In this document: one piece after another, positions 9,540 to 20,116 of the stretch
Layout of the letters: each line of letters begins with the position of its first letter
How positions within the stretch are numbered: the stretch's first letter is position 1
IMG/VR virus record: IMGVR_UViG_2974543594_000001
Location: 6,679 to 70,678 of that record
DNA: 64,000 nt
Source: a virus
Strand: one strand, 5' to 3'
Notes under the pieces: model-generated
Told to the model about the DNA's origin: nothing
The model's database searches: none
What the model saw: the letters and a program-made list of their open reading frames with translations, nothing else
Made by a program: the position numbers and the translations under genes

Positions 9540-11660
9540 ATGGCTAAAGATGAATTACCAACAGTTGACCCAGCACAGTCTGCCAACTTAACTGATTGGA
9601 AAAATGAACCTAATGTAACTGACCTGAAGTCAGATTACGATTCTGCATCTAGCGCTCATAGTGCTCAGATGAGCAAGATTACTGCTTGGCTAGATAACCT
9701 GAATGTTACTGGCCCTGCTAAACCTAAAAAGTTACCAGGCAGGTCTTCAGTACAGCCGATGCTTATTCGTAAGCAAGCTGAATGGAGATACTCAGCTCTT
9801 ACTGAACCATTCCTGAGTACAGATGAATTATTCTCTGTATCTCCAGTTACATGGGAAGACAGACAAGCTGCTATTCAGAACCAGTTAGTACTTAATTATC
9901 AGTTCAATATTAAAATTGATAAGGTACGTTTCATTGATGATTATGTTCGTACTGCTGTTAATGAAGGTACTGTGATTGTTCGTGTTGGCTGGCGTGAACA
10001 AACTCAAAAGATTAAAGAGACTGTTCCTGTATACGCATACTACCCAGCACAGACTCCTGACCAAGTAGCTGCTATTCAGGAAGCTCTTCAGTTAAAGCTG
10101 GAGAACCCTAATGCATACCACAACCTACCAGATGACATTATTGCCTCTGTAGATTATTCCTATGAAAACCGTGGTGCATATGTAGCTAAACAGGAAGGTA
10201 CTCAAGAGGTTGAGTATGACAAGATTATTGTTAACCAGCCTACTGCTGAAGTAGTTAACTCACAGAACGTAGTAATTGACCCAACTTGTAATGGTGATAT
10301 CAAACAAGCTCAGTTTGTTATTTATAGTTTTGAGACTTCTAAGTCGGATTTAGAGAAAGATGGTAGATATAAGAATCTGGATAAGATTTCTGCAAGTATG
10401 TCTAATCCTCTTAATACTCCTGACCATATGACTGAAGACCAGTCTGGTTTCAACTTCAAAGATGAACCACGTAAGAAGTTTATTGCATATGAGTATTGGG
10501 GATATTGGGATATCAATGGTGATGGTAAAACTGTGCCAATCGTAGCTACCTTTGTTGGTAATACGATGATTCGTCTTGAAGAGAATCCATTCCCGGATAA
10601 ACAGATTCCATTTGTTATCGTTCCTTATCTGCCTGTTACTCGCTCTATCTACGGTGAGCCTGACGGTGCTTTACTGGAAGATAACCAGAAGATTATTGGA
10701 GCTACTACTCGTGCCATGATTGATATTCTGGCTCGTAGTGCTAATGGTCAAACTGGTATTCGTAAAGACATGCTGGATGTGACTAACAGACGTAAGTTTG
10801 ATAAGGGCGAAGACTATGAATTCAATGCAAACGTGGACCCAAGACAAGGTGTCTATATGCATACGTCTCCTGAGATTCCTCAGTCAGCGCCTCTGATGAT
10901 TCAGTACCAGAACAATGAAGCTGAGTCTCTTACTGGTGTTAAATCATTCTCACAAGGTATTGCATCACAGGCTTTAGGTGATGTAGCTGCTGGCATTCGT
11001 GGAGCATTGGATGCTGCTTCTAAACGTGAATTAGGCATTCTTCGTAGATTGGCTCAGGGCATTGTAGATATTGGTTATAAGTTTGTATCTATGAATGCTG
11101 AGTTCTTATCTGAAGAAGAAGTTGTACGAATCACCAATGATGATTTCGTATCAGTTCGTAGAGATGAGTTGGCTGGAAACTTTGACCTTAAGTTAAGTAT
11201 TTCTACTGCTGAGGCAGATAATCAGAAGGCTCAAGAATTGGCATTCATGCTTCAGACTATGGGTAATAGCCTTCCATTTGAAATGTCTCAGATGGTACTG
11301 AGTGATATTGCTCGACTAAGAAATATGCCTGACTTAGCTAAACGAATTGAGAAGTATCAGCCTCAACCAGACCCACTTGCACAACGCAAAGCTGAGCTGG
11401 AAATTGCATTATTAGAGGCTCAAATCGCAGAAACCCAATCTAAAGCGATTGAAAACAGAGCTTCAGCAGGGTATAAAGCTACACAAGCTGGAAACGTTCA
11501 GAGTGATACAGACCTTAAAAATCTGGATTATGTTGAACAAGAGTCTGGTGTTAAACAGGCTCGTGATGTTGAACGTATTCAAGCTCAAGCTCAAAGCCAA
11601 ACTCAAACCAAGATTGTGGACTATATCCTCAAGACTGGTAAGCCACTTAGTGAAATCTAA
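9540..11660 (+). CDS. portal protein (N4 gp59-like)
   Basis: 706 aa. Size and position (before scaffold and MCP) fit T7/N4-type portals. Divergent from the lysis unit. Confidence 0.7.
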   Translation: MAKDELPTVDPAQSANLTDWKNEPNVTDLKSDYDSASSAHSAQMSKITAWLDNLNVTGPAKPKKLPGRSSVQPMLIRKQAEWRYSALTEPFLSTDELFSVSPVTWEDRQAAIQNQLVLNYQFNIKIDKVRFIDDYVRTAVNEGTVIVRVGWREQTQKIKETVPVYAYYPAQTPDQVAAIQEALQLKLENPNAYHNLPDDIIASVDYSYENRGAYVAKQEGTQEVEYDKIIVNQPTAEVVNSQNVVIDPTCNGDIKQAQFVIYSFETSKSDLEKDGRYKNLDKISASMSNPLNTPDHMTEDQSGFNFKDEPRKKFIAYEYWGYWDINGDGKTVPIVATFVGNTMIRLEENPFPDKQIPFVIVPYLPVTRSIYGEPDGALLEDNQKIIGATTRAMIDILARSANGQTGIRKDMLDVTNRRKFDKGEDYEFNANVDPRQGVYMHTSPEIPQSAPLMIQYQNNEAESLTGVKSFSQGIASQALGDVAAGIRGALDAASKRELGILRRLAQGIVDIGYKFVSMNAEFLSEEEVVRITNDDFVSVRRDELAGNFDLKLSISTAEADNQKAQELAFMLQTMGNSLPFEMSQMVLSDIARLRNMPDLAKRIEKYQPQPDPLAQRKAELEIALLEAQIAETQSKAIENRASAGYKATQAGNVQSDTDLKNLDYVEQESGVKQARDVERIQAQAQSQTQTKIVDYILKTGKPLSEI

Positions 11661-11669
11661 TATCTCATA

Positions 11670-12023
11670 ATGAGGACACACGACATGAGTCAAGTAGAAC
11701 AAATTCGAATCACTATTGAACAGAAGAAAGAAATGATTGCTTTAGGTGATGCTCTTTCTCGCATCGTTAAGAATCGTGATTGGAAGAAACTGGTTGATAC
11801 CGAGTTCTTCGAAAACGAACCTAAGCGACTTGTATCTCTTCTGGCTCACCCTGCAATGCAGGACGAGGCTTCCCAGACTGAAATTCGTAATCAGATGTTA
11901 GCCATTGCGTATTTCCGTCAGTTCTTGGCTCGCACGGAAATGTTTGCTGAACAGGCTCGTGGTTCTCTGCCTGCTGACCAAGCAACCGAAGTCGAGCTGT
12001 TAGAAGAAGACGTACAGGAGTAA
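11670..12023 (+). CDS. hypothetical head protein
   Basis: 117 aa ORF between portal and scaffold. Confidence 0.4.
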   Translation: MRTHDMSQVEQIRITIEQKKEMIALGDALSRIVKNRDWKKLVDTEFFENEPKRLVSLLAHPAMQDEASQTEIRNQMLAIAYFRQFLARTEMFAEQARGSLPADQATEVELLEEDVQE

Positions 12024-12029
12024 TAGCAT

Positions 12030-13142
12030 ATGGCTGGAAACAGTGTTGAACAATCTATTCTTAGTATGTCTGATGCTGATTTCCTAAATGCTCCGATGCC
12101 GACCTTTGAGTCGGCATCTTCACATGAGCAAACGGAAACTCAGACTGAAAAGAAAGAAGAAGTAGAAGTTGAAACAACTACTACTCAAACTGAAAATACA
12201 GAAGATACTGAGACTGAAACTACTGAAGAAGTTGATACTCCTACAGAGCAAGAAACTCAATCTACTGATACTCAGAAAGAAACAGAATCAACTGAACAAG
12301 AGAATAAATCTACTGAGGCTGAACCTGAAGTAGCTGATGCTCAAGCTCAGTTGAATAAGTTGTTTGCTCCATTCAAAGCGAATGGTCGAGATATTAAAAT
12401 CGACTCAGTTGATGAAGCTATTAAGCTAATGCAACAGGGAGCAAACTATAATAAAAAGATGGCAGCCTTGAAACCATCTTTAAAAGTTCTTAAGATGTTG
12501 GAAAATAATGGTCTGCTTGATGAGCAAAAGATTACTTATCTAATCGATTTAGATAAAAAGAATCCTGATGCTATCAGCAAACTCATTAAAGAGAGTGGTA
12601 TTGACCCTCTCGATGTAAATACACAGGAAGAACCGAAGTACACACCTGGTAATTACTCAGTCTCGGATGCACAGGTTAATCTAGATACGGTGTTGGATAG
12701 CATTGAGCATACTCCAACATACAATCGGACAATGACCGTCATTCTCGATGAATGGGATGATAACAGTAAACGTGCACTTGCAAATGAACCAAATCTTATT
12801 CCACTCATCAATGAGCATGTGGCAAATGGAATCTTTGACACAATCGCCTCTGAGATGATGAAGCAAAGAGCATTGGGGAATTTGAGTGGTCTTTCAGATT
12901 TACAGGCGTATGAAGCTATTGGTAAACAGCTCGCTGCTCAGGGCGCATTCAATAAGAAGCCAACCCAAGAGCCAGTAGAAGTTAAACCAAAAGTACCTAC
13001 GCAAGATGATACTGAAAGGGCTGCAAAGCGTAAGGCTGCAAGTCCATCCAAACAGACTCAGGCAACTAAAGAGCCAGACTTAAATCCTCTGTCTATGTCT
13101 GATGAAGAGTTTGAGAAAGCGTTTAACTCTAAGTTTCGATAA
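12030..13142 (+). CDS. scaffolding protein
   Basis: 370 aa. Extremely acidic T/E/Q-rich N-terminus. Directly upstream of MCP. Confidence 0.5.
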   Translation: MAGNSVEQSILSMSDADFLNAPMPTFESASSHEQTETQTEKKEEVEVETTTTQTENTEDTETETTEEVDTPTEQETQSTDTQKETESTEQENKSTEAEPEVADAQAQLNKLFAPFKANGRDIKIDSVDEAIKLMQQGANYNKKMAALKPSLKVLKMLENNGLLDEQKITYLIDLDKKNPDAISKLIKESGIDPLDVNTQEEPKYTPGNYSVSDAQVNLDTVLDSIEHTPTYNRTMTVILDEWDDNSKRALANEPNLIPLINEHVANGIFDTIASEMMKQRALGNLSGLSDLQAYEAIGKQLAAQGAFNKKPTQEPVEVKPKVPTQDDTERAAKRKAASPSKQTQATKEPDLNPLSMSDEEFEKAFNSKFR

Positions 13143-13158
13143 TCGAGGGTGATTAACT

Positions 13159-14328
13159 ATGAAGTATGGTGCTCCTAATACTACGCCTTCTAGTGTTGGT
13201 CCACAGATTCGTCTGGACTACTACTATAAGAAAGCGCTCGTTGATGCAGCTAAAGAAATGTACTTTGGTCAGTTGGCTGATGTAACCAACATGCCTAAGA
13301 ATATGGGTAAAACCATTAAGCTGTATCACTACATCCCACTGCTGGATGACCGTAACGTCAACGACCAAGGTATTGATGCTGCTGGTGCCACTATTGCTAA
13401 CGGTAACCTGTATGGTTCTAGCAAAGATATCGGTACCATCCCGGCTAAAATGCCAGCTCTGACTGAGAACGGTGGTCGTGTTAACCGTGTTGGTTTTACC
13501 CGTATTCAGCTGCAAGGCACTATCAAGAAATTCGGTTTCTTCTATGAGTGGACTCAGGAAGCAATGGATTTCGATACTGATGAAGAGCTGGATATGCACC
13601 TGATTCAGGAAGCTGTTAAAAGTGCTAACGAAATCACTGAAGACCAGTTGCAGATTGACCTGCTAAATGGTGCTGGTGTTGTTCGTTATCCGGGTGCTGC
13701 TACCTCTAACGCAGATATGACTGGTGAAGGTACTGCTACTGTAGTTACCTATGACGGTCTGGTTAAGATGGGTATTACTCTGAATGACAACCTGTGTCCT
13801 ATGCAGACCAAGCTGATTGCTGGTTCTCGCATGGTTGATACTCGTGTTATTCCTGGTGCTCGTGCTCTGTACATTGGTTCTGAACTGGAACTGATGCTGC
13901 GTAAGATGAAAGACCCGTTTGACAATGCAGCTTTCATCCCGGTTCAGCAGTACGCTGATGCTGGTACTATCCTGCAAGGTGAGATTGGTTCTATCGCCTC
14001 TTTCCGCATCATCGTTGTTCCTAAGATGCTGAAATGGGCAGGTGCTGGTAAAGCAGTTACTACCAACCCAGGTTACTACGCTACTTCTGGCAAGTATGAC
14101 GTATTCCCAATGCTGTGTGTTGGTTCTGGCTCCTTTACCACTATTGGTTTCCAGACAGATGGTAAAACTGTTAAGTTCGTTACCTACACCAAGAAACCAG
14201 GCATCGAGACTGCATCTTATGCAGACCCGTATGGCGAAATGGGCTTCACCTCAATCAAATGGTACTACGGTTCACTGATTCTGCGTCCTGAATGGATTGC
14301 ATTGTTCAAGACTGTAGCTCAGATGTAA
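13159..14328 (+). CDS. major capsid protein (N4 gp56-like)
   Basis: 389 aa. GAGGG RBS. Very biased codon usage typical of highly expressed genes. Strong terminator follows. Confidence 0.7.
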   Translation: MKYGAPNTTPSSVGPQIRLDYYYKKALVDAAKEMYFGQLADVTNMPKNMGKTIKLYHYIPLLDDRNVNDQGIDAAGATIANGNLYGSSKDIGTIPAKMPALTENGGRVNRVGFTRIQLQGTIKKFGFFYEWTQEAMDFDTDEELDMHLIQEAVKSANEITEDQLQIDLLNGAGVVRYPGAATSNADMTGEGTATVVTYDGLVKMGITLNDNLCPMQTKLIAGSRMVDTRVIPGARALYIGSELELMLRKMKDPFDNAAFIPVQQYADAGTILQGEIGSIASFRIIVVPKMLKWAGAGKAVTTNPGYYATSGKYDVFPMLCVGSGSFTTIGFQTDGKTVKFVTYTKKPGIETASYADPYGEMGFTSIKWYYGSLILRPEWIALFKTVAQM

Positions 14329-14345
14329 TTGAGGTTTTGACTAAG

Positions 14346-14371
14346 AGAGTGGGGAAACCCACTCTTTTTTT
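14346..14371 (+). terminator. intrinsic terminator after MCP
   Basis: 8-bp stem AGAGTGGG/CCCACTCT with a GAAA tetraloop, then T7. Confidence 0.7.
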
Positions 14372-14441
14372 ATCTAAAAAATACGATACACTTAGCTAGA
14401 CCAAAACTGGTTCCACCCAGAGTCCTAAAAGGAAAACTTCT

Positions 14442-14996
14442 ATGTCTGAACTGAATGAATTAGATGTACTGAAACAGCGTGCTGACCAATTAGGTATTTC
14501 TTACCATCCTAATATCGGTGTGGATAAACTGCGTGAGAAAGTGAATGCAGTCTTAGAAGGTAAGAATGAAAATGTATCTGAGGAAGAAACTGTGACTGAA
14601 ACCAAATCAACTACCAAGTCTGTTGCTCAACTCAGAGCTGAAGCTGCTGATGATGCTATGAAACTGGTTCGTATTCGTCTGACTTGTATGGACCCATCTA
14701 AGGCTGACTACCACGGTGAAATTATTACTGTCGGTAATGATGTAGTTGGTAACGTTAAAGTGTTTGTTCCTTACCGTGAAGAATTCTATGAAAATGGTTA
14801 TCACGTTCCGAACATCATTTATAAGTTCTTACGTGACCGTGAATATGCTTCTGTCAAAACTATTAAAGGTCCTAAGGGAGATACCCAACAGACATTTCTG
14901 GCTAAAGCATACAGTATTGAAGTACTGCCTCAACTGACTGAAGCAGAGCTGGAAGCTCTTAAAGCTCAGCAGGCTGCCTCTAAATCTATTGATTAA
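14442..14996 (+). CDS. hypothetical virion protein
   Basis: 184 aa ORF after MCP. Confidence 0.4.
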   Translation: MSELNELDVLKQRADQLGISYHPNIGVDKLREKVNAVLEGKNENVSEEETVTETKSTTKSVAQLRAEAADDAMKLVRIRLTCMDPSKADYHGEIITVGNDVVGNVKVFVPYREEFYENGYHVPNIIYKFLRDREYASVKTIKGPKGDTQQTFLAKAYSIEVLPQLTEAELEALKAQQAASKSID

Positions 14997-15007
14997 GGAG
15001 TAGAGCA

Positions 15008-15757
15008 ATGGCTGATTATGTTATTCAACCCATTACCAACGAAGACCTAACTACTAAGGTCGTTGATGGTACAGGTATCTTTGATGAGTTAATGACAGCA
15101 GCCAATGCTCATCTTACCTATCAATGGGAACAAGACCGTATTACTGGCTCATCATATGCTGAAGTATATCTGGGCCAGTTAACGGCAGTATTAGGACAGG
15201 CTGTACTCTTCCTTACTGAAAGAGATAAGACGTACCTGAATAACCTTCTGGTACAGTCGCAAATTAAATTAGCAGATGCACAGGTAGCTTTGGCTGCTCA
15301 GGATTTACTGAACAAGCAGCAAGAATTACTGAATGCTCAGAAGCAGATGGAACTGATGGAACAGCAGATTCAATTAGCTGAGAAGCAAGTTGAACTGGCT
15401 GATAAAGAGCTTCTGGTTAAAGACAAGGAAATGCAATTACTGGATAAACAGATTGCTGTTCAAGAAGCTACTGCTGATTTAACCAGACAGAAGATTAAAA
15501 CTGAGATGGCTCAGATTGCTGACTCTGTTGATGGTGTTGCTGTTACTGGTATTCTGGGTGCCCAGATTGCTCTGTATAAACAACAGAGAGATGGGTTCCT
15601 TCGAGATGCTGAGCAGAAAGCACTTAAGATTGTGGCTGATACTTGGATTACTCGTAAGACAGTGGATGACGGAACTCCACTTCCAACAGGCTTTGATACA
15701 GCTGCTGTGGATGCCTTTACGAGAAAAGTCGCAGATGGGGTTCAGGTTAATTACTAA
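15008..15757 (+). CDS. coiled-coil virion structural protein
   Basis: 249 aa. AAGGAG RBS. Long Q/L/E heptad-like region. Confidence 0.45.
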   Translation: MADYVIQPITNEDLTTKVVDGTGIFDELMTAANAHLTYQWEQDRITGSSYAEVYLGQLTAVLGQAVLFLTERDKTYLNNLLVQSQIKLADAQVALAAQDLLNKQQELLNAQKQMELMEQQIQLAEKQVELADKELLVKDKEMQLLDKQIAVQEATADLTRQKIKTEMAQIADSVDGVAVTGILGAQIALYKQQRDGFLRDAEQKALKIVADTWITRKTVDDGTPLPTGFDTAAVDAFTRKVADGVQVNY

Positions 15758-15761
15758 GGAG

Positions 15762-15781
15762 AGGGGCTTCGGCCCCTTTTT
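15762..15781 (+). terminator. intrinsic terminator
   Basis: AGGGGC-ttcg-GCCCCT then TTTT, ending about 6 nt before ATG 15787. Confidence 0.55.
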
Positions 15782-15786
15782 ACTCT

Positions 15787-18117
15787 ATGGGATTATTTAG
15801 TCGTAAAAAGGTTATCTCGGTAGCTTCACAGACATTCAACTTATCTGGGGATAAAGAGCAAACCAACTTTCTTAGAAAGACTATTAACTCCGCTATCATG
15901 GCTGGGACAGATATTTCTGCCACTATGCAAAATTCATATTTGAATGGCATGGGTATCAAGATTGACCAGACATATCGATACGCTAGAGATTACTCTCCTA
16001 CAGGCTTACCTGAAGGACGTATTGGCTATGGCACATTGAACCAAGAGGATTTGATGGATGTACTCTCATCCCTCAACTCCGGTAAACAAGTTGCCTTAGT
16101 CATGTCAGATTTCGGTACAGTAGACCTTGGTTATTGGACTGAGGATTACTTAACCAAAACCTATGATTGGGATGAAGACCACGGTGGATTTGGTAATCCT
16201 CCTCCAGGTGTTCCTACCAATGCTAATTATCAATACTCAATTGATAATAATGGTGTAGTCACTATTGAATATCTGGATGGAGAAACTGTAGTACATACAG
16301 AAACAGTTTCATTCCCGGATGTGAATCTAACTAGTGATTACTATCAGGTTATTTATCGTGTACGAGAAGCCGGTACCCCTACAACTACTGTAGATGAACG
16401 AGACTACCAGATTGGTGATGTGGATGATGAAGTAACTACCCATGATGTTAATAACAACTTTGGTGAGTATACCTACACGACTACTACAGTAAAAACTGAA
16501 GTAGATATACTGGCTCTCAAAACCACTATCACAACTACTGTTACAGTGGATACCCTATCCCGTAAACAATACTTTATGTACGAAGCTGGCACAGGTACCT
16601 ATCCTATTCTGGATGATATCCTCGATGATGATGTAGCTAGTAGCGACTACTATCCTATCGTTCCTCTGAGGGTATATAACAAGGATTGGTCCAATCCTGC
16701 CAATGTTCCGGCAGATGAATACAAGGCCAATAAGAACATCCTGAGACGTATCGGGGTTAGTCTTACTGAACTTGGAGATAAGCTTAATGAAAACCCTGAT
16801 GTAGGTGATATTGACCATGCATTCTTTGTATTGGGTATCTCACTTAATTCGAAGTACCCATCGTCAATCTCATACCTGCATGAGTATTTTAAGTTTCTGG
16901 CTCAACATTCCCCTTCACAGAAGGAAGCCTATCTAACTTGGTACAACGATAACGTTGTTACTATTAATGGTGTTACAGGAAAGAATAGTCCTAAGCCTCC
17001 AGTAAATAAGCTAAAAATTACACAAAAACCTTATGATGTAACCATCAGCTATCAGTATGCTTCATACATTGTGAAGACTGGTGTCATTGGTACAAAAGGA
17101 ACTATTACCAGAGAGCTTGGTACAGCAGCTGCTATCACTATCATTAATGAGTTTGACCAGTCTACTGAGTTAACTGCTGACGTATCTGTTATCTATTTCA
17201 GAAAACAGATTTCAGCTACTCAATATGAAGAGATAGAGCTATGTGGTTTAGAACATATAAACAATGTTTATAAAGGTCACAATGTTTCTACCAGTGCTAA
17301 GAAGAGTTTAGAAAGTAGAGATGGTAATGAAGCATTCCTCATTCCATTATGTCGTTCTGTTGTATTGGATATGAGTCTGGTAGACCGTACTCAAATGACA
17401 TTCGACTGTTTGCACTTAGTAGCTAACTCCTATCAGGAGAAGAAACTTAAGTGGTATCAATCTGGATGGTTCAAAGTAATAGTTATTGTTATTGCCATCG
17501 TCGTATCTGTTATCTCATTAGGCTCATTAACGGCAGGTGCATCAGCAGCTGCTTCTGCTGCAACAGCAGCAGGTACATCCGCAGCAGCAGCAGTAGCTGT
17601 TTATTTAGGCACGCAAATTGCTATTGGTGTAGTTGTGGCTGTAGCTGTGCAACAAGTCATTAAAAGAGTAGCACCAGAAATCGGTGTTATTATTGCTGTA
17701 GTTGCTTTGGCTTATGGTGTTTCATCTCAAGCAGGTGCTGGTGGTACTAAAGGATTACCTTACGCTTCAGAAGTATTACAATTAGTACCTGCGGTAACTA
17801 AAGGTGTTAACCAGAGGCTTCAAAGTGATTTGCAGGCGGTGATGAAAGAGATGAGAGTTCAACAGGAACTTTATGAAGATAGAATGGAACAGATTAAAGA
17901 TGCAATGAATGCTCTTAATGGAAACCAAGATATCTCTATCGAGGATTTAACTCGTGGTGGATATCTGAATCTGTTTGAGACAGCTCAATCATTCTTTAAT
18001 AGAACATTACTTCAGAATCCTGGTGCTCTTACTTTGAATACCATTCAGGATTTCGTTACCACACTGTTAGCATTACCTGATGACCTTACTAATGTTCCAG
18101 CTATGCCATTTAAATAA
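15787..18117 (+). CDS. virion internal/tail-tube protein with long hydrophobic Ala/Val/Ile segment
   Basis: 776 aa. A run of about 120 aa of hydrophobic residues (aa 560-690) suggests a membrane-inserting ejection protein. Confidence 0.45.
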   Translation: MGLFSRKKVISVASQTFNLSGDKEQTNFLRKTINSAIMAGTDISATMQNSYLNGMGIKIDQTYRYARDYSPTGLPEGRIGYGTLNQEDLMDVLSSLNSGKQVALVMSDFGTVDLGYWTEDYLTKTYDWDEDHGGFGNPPPGVPTNANYQYSIDNNGVVTIEYLDGETVVHTETVSFPDVNLTSDYYQVIYRVREAGTPTTTVDERDYQIGDVDDEVTTHDVNNNFGEYTYTTTTVKTEVDILALKTTITTTVTVDTLSRKQYFMYEAGTGTYPILDDILDDDVASSDYYPIVPLRVYNKDWSNPANVPADEYKANKNILRRIGVSLTELGDKLNENPDVGDIDHAFFVLGISLNSKYPSSISYLHEYFKFLAQHSPSQKEAYLTWYNDNVVTINGVTGKNSPKPPVNKLKITQKPYDVTISYQYASYIVKTGVIGTKGTITRELGTAAAITIINEFDQSTELTADVSVIYFRKQISATQYEEIELCGLEHINNVYKGHNVSTSAKKSLESRDGNEAFLIPLCRSVVLDMSLVDRTQMTFDCLHLVANSYQEKKLKWYQSGWFKVIVIVIAIVVSVISLGSLTAGASAAASAATAAGTSAAAAVAVYLGTQIAIGVVVAVAVQQVIKRVAPEIGVIIAVVALAYGVSSQAGAGGTKGLPYASEVLQLVPAVTKGVNQRLQSDLQAVMKEMRVQQELYEDRMEQIKDAMNALNGNQDISIEDLTRGGYLNLFETAQSFFNRTLLQNPGALTLNTIQDFVTTLLALPDDLTNVPAMPFK

Positions 18118-18128
18118 TGAGGTGACAT

Positions 18129-18608
18129 ATGGCTTTTGATTTGAATTTTGGTGGTTATCAAACCAGCCAACTTCCATTATTTGACTCTGGGTATAATCCT
18201 ACTCAGAGTTCAGTATTAGGTACTAATCTATCCACCCCCATTACAGGTGGAACACCAGCAGCTAGTGGTTTAGGAAGTACATTTGCTTCTTGGCTTCCGT
18301 CTGAAGATACGATGCGTACTTTGTTTGGTGGTACTAATCCTGAGACAGGATTTCAATCAAGTGGAATTGTATCTCCATTGGCTCAAGGTTTAGGTGCATT
18401 GTTCCAAGGCTGGACAGGTATGCAGCAGTTAGATTTAGCTCGTGACCAGTTAAATTTCCAGAAGAATGCTTTTAACACTAACTTGCGAAATCAGACTCAA
18501 GCCTACAATACAGCACTTGAAGACCGTATTAGAGGACGTACTTCTAACTATGATGGTAAAGAACAGGATGTTCAAAACTACCTGAACCAGAATCGTTTGA
18601 ACTTCTAA
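18129..18608 (+). CDS. hypothetical virion protein
   Basis: 159 aa, G/S/T-rich. GAGGTG RBS. Confidence 0.4.
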   Translation: MAFDLNFGGYQTSQLPLFDSGYNPTQSSVLGTNLSTPITGGTPAASGLGSTFASWLPSEDTMRTLFGGTNPETGFQSSGIVSPLAQGLGALFQGWTGMQQLDLARDQLNFQKNAFNTNLRNQTQAYNTALEDRIRGRTSNYDGKEQDVQNYLNQNRLNF

Positions 18609-18617
18609 GAGGTAGAT

Positions 18618-20042
18618 ATGGCTCAGATTACTTGGAGAAATATTGATGCTCCTGACTTAACTGGAGTTGCAAGACTTCAGCAAGTTGGTGCTCAAGGTAT
18701 CCGTGATGCCATCTCTGGCTTACTTGGAACCTTTGACCAGCAGCGTCAATTAAGTAATTTAAATTTTGATACAGCACGTACTCAGAATACTGCTGCATTA
18801 CAGAATGAGTTACTTAACTATCGTGACCCTAACCAGTTACAAGAGGCAATGCCTCAGTATGCTGCTGATGCCTTACGTCAAAGATTTGGTGCAGCATTAG
18901 ACCAGAATGCTATTAACCAAACTTTGGCTACTCGTCCGGGTCAGTTAAGACAGGATATGACTGGTCAAATCCAGTTAGACCAATTACAGAAAGAACAGGC
19001 TTCTCAACCTTATGAGAACCAATTCTATTCTTTATTGGCTGCTAACCCTGCTCAGGCTGAAGCATTCCTTAAACAGAATGAAGCTAACTTTACAGACTCT
19101 CGTCAACTCTATGGTGACCTTACTGCTCGTAGACAGCAGATTGAACAGCTTAGTTTACAGAGAGCGCAGCTTGCTGACGCTCGTGCTGCAAGGGCTGCTG
19201 CTAACTCTGAGAGAGCTGCTGCTGCAAAAGAGCGTGGTAACTTCCGTAGCTATGCTCAGGAATTAAACCAATGGGTTCTGGATAATCCAGATAAACCAAT
19301 GGGCGCTAAAGCTGCTGAACTTCAGAAGAAATATGATATCAACCCGGTTACAGGTAATCAGGTTGCTACTGCTGTTGGTCAGAACATTCAGGCGTTAGGT
19401 GCTCCTACTCCTGAACAAGCTGCTGCATTAACTTCATTGACTAACCAGAATGCTCAGGCAGGTCAGCAGTTTAAACAGGATGCTACACAGGATGTACAAG
19501 CAGCATTCATTAGACAAGGTGTAGACCCTACTGTATTCGGTTTACAGGATGATACTAAGACTTCTGCCGATGATGTTATTAAGAGTCTCCAGTCACGTCT
19601 GAGTGACCCTAATGAAGTTATTGAAGCATATAGCCGAGTTAAAAAGGCATACCCTGGAGCTACTCCTAGTACCGTTGGTTACATTATTGAGAAGTCATTG
19701 TCTCCGGGTAGATGGGGTGGCTTTGCTGATGGGGTAACAGTATCGTTTGGAGATGTTGAAGACATTGCTAAACAAACAAGACAAACAGCTAACAATGCTG
19801 CTGCACGTCAAGCCTATATCGATGCTCTACGTTTAGTTGAATCATCAGGAGATTCCTTAGTTAAGGAAGCAAACGCCCCTTTGATTCAGTATCAACGCTC
19901 ACTGCCTAAAGCTAATATTACTGGTGAGGCTCTCCCTAAATTAACTCCAGTAGTGCCGGACTATACCGGTAAACGAAAAGAGTTAACTAAGTTCTTGGAT
20001 GAACGATTAGGTGACCCGAAATTCAATAGTAATACTCGTTAA
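18618..20042 (+). CDS. hypothetical virion protein (Q/A-rich)
   Basis: 474 aa. AAGAGG RBS. Confidence 0.4.
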   Translation: MAQITWRNIDAPDLTGVARLQQVGAQGIRDAISGLLGTFDQQRQLSNLNFDTARTQNTAALQNELLNYRDPNQLQEAMPQYAADALRQRFGAALDQNAINQTLATRPGQLRQDMTGQIQLDQLQKEQASQPYENQFYSLLAANPAQAEAFLKQNEANFTDSRQLYGDLTARRQQIEQLSLQRAQLADARAARAAANSERAAAAKERGNFRSYAQELNQWVLDNPDKPMGAKAAELQKKYDINPVTGNQVATAVGQNIQALGAPTPEQAAALTSLTNQNAQAGQQFKQDATQDVQAAFIRQGVDPTVFGLQDDTKTSADDVIKSLQSRLSDPNEVIEAYSRVKKAYPGATPSTVGYIIEKSLSPGRWGGFADGVTVSFGDVEDIAKQTRQTANNAAARQAYIDALRLVESSGDSLVKEANAPLIQYQRSLPKANITGEALPKLTPVVPDYTGKRKELTKFLDERLGDPKFNSNTR

Positions 20043-20050
20043 GTACAAAA

Positions 20051-20076
20051 ATCCCTCCTAGTGAGGGATTTCTTTT
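20051..20076 (+). terminator. intrinsic terminator upstream of vRNAP gene
   Basis: ATCCCTC-ctagt-GAGGGAT then TTCTTTT. Confidence 0.5.
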
Positions 20077-20116
20077 AGTACACTTCTATCAGTTAATTCC
20101 CTTCTGAGGATTCCTA

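Noticed and set aside
9386-9586. N-terminal 67-aa extension of the holin ORF (track 9011..9586)
   Set aside because: The extension is Cys-rich with an odd composition and lacks an RBS. The internal ATG at 9385 has a GGAGG with a 7-nt spacer and starts right at the first TM segment.
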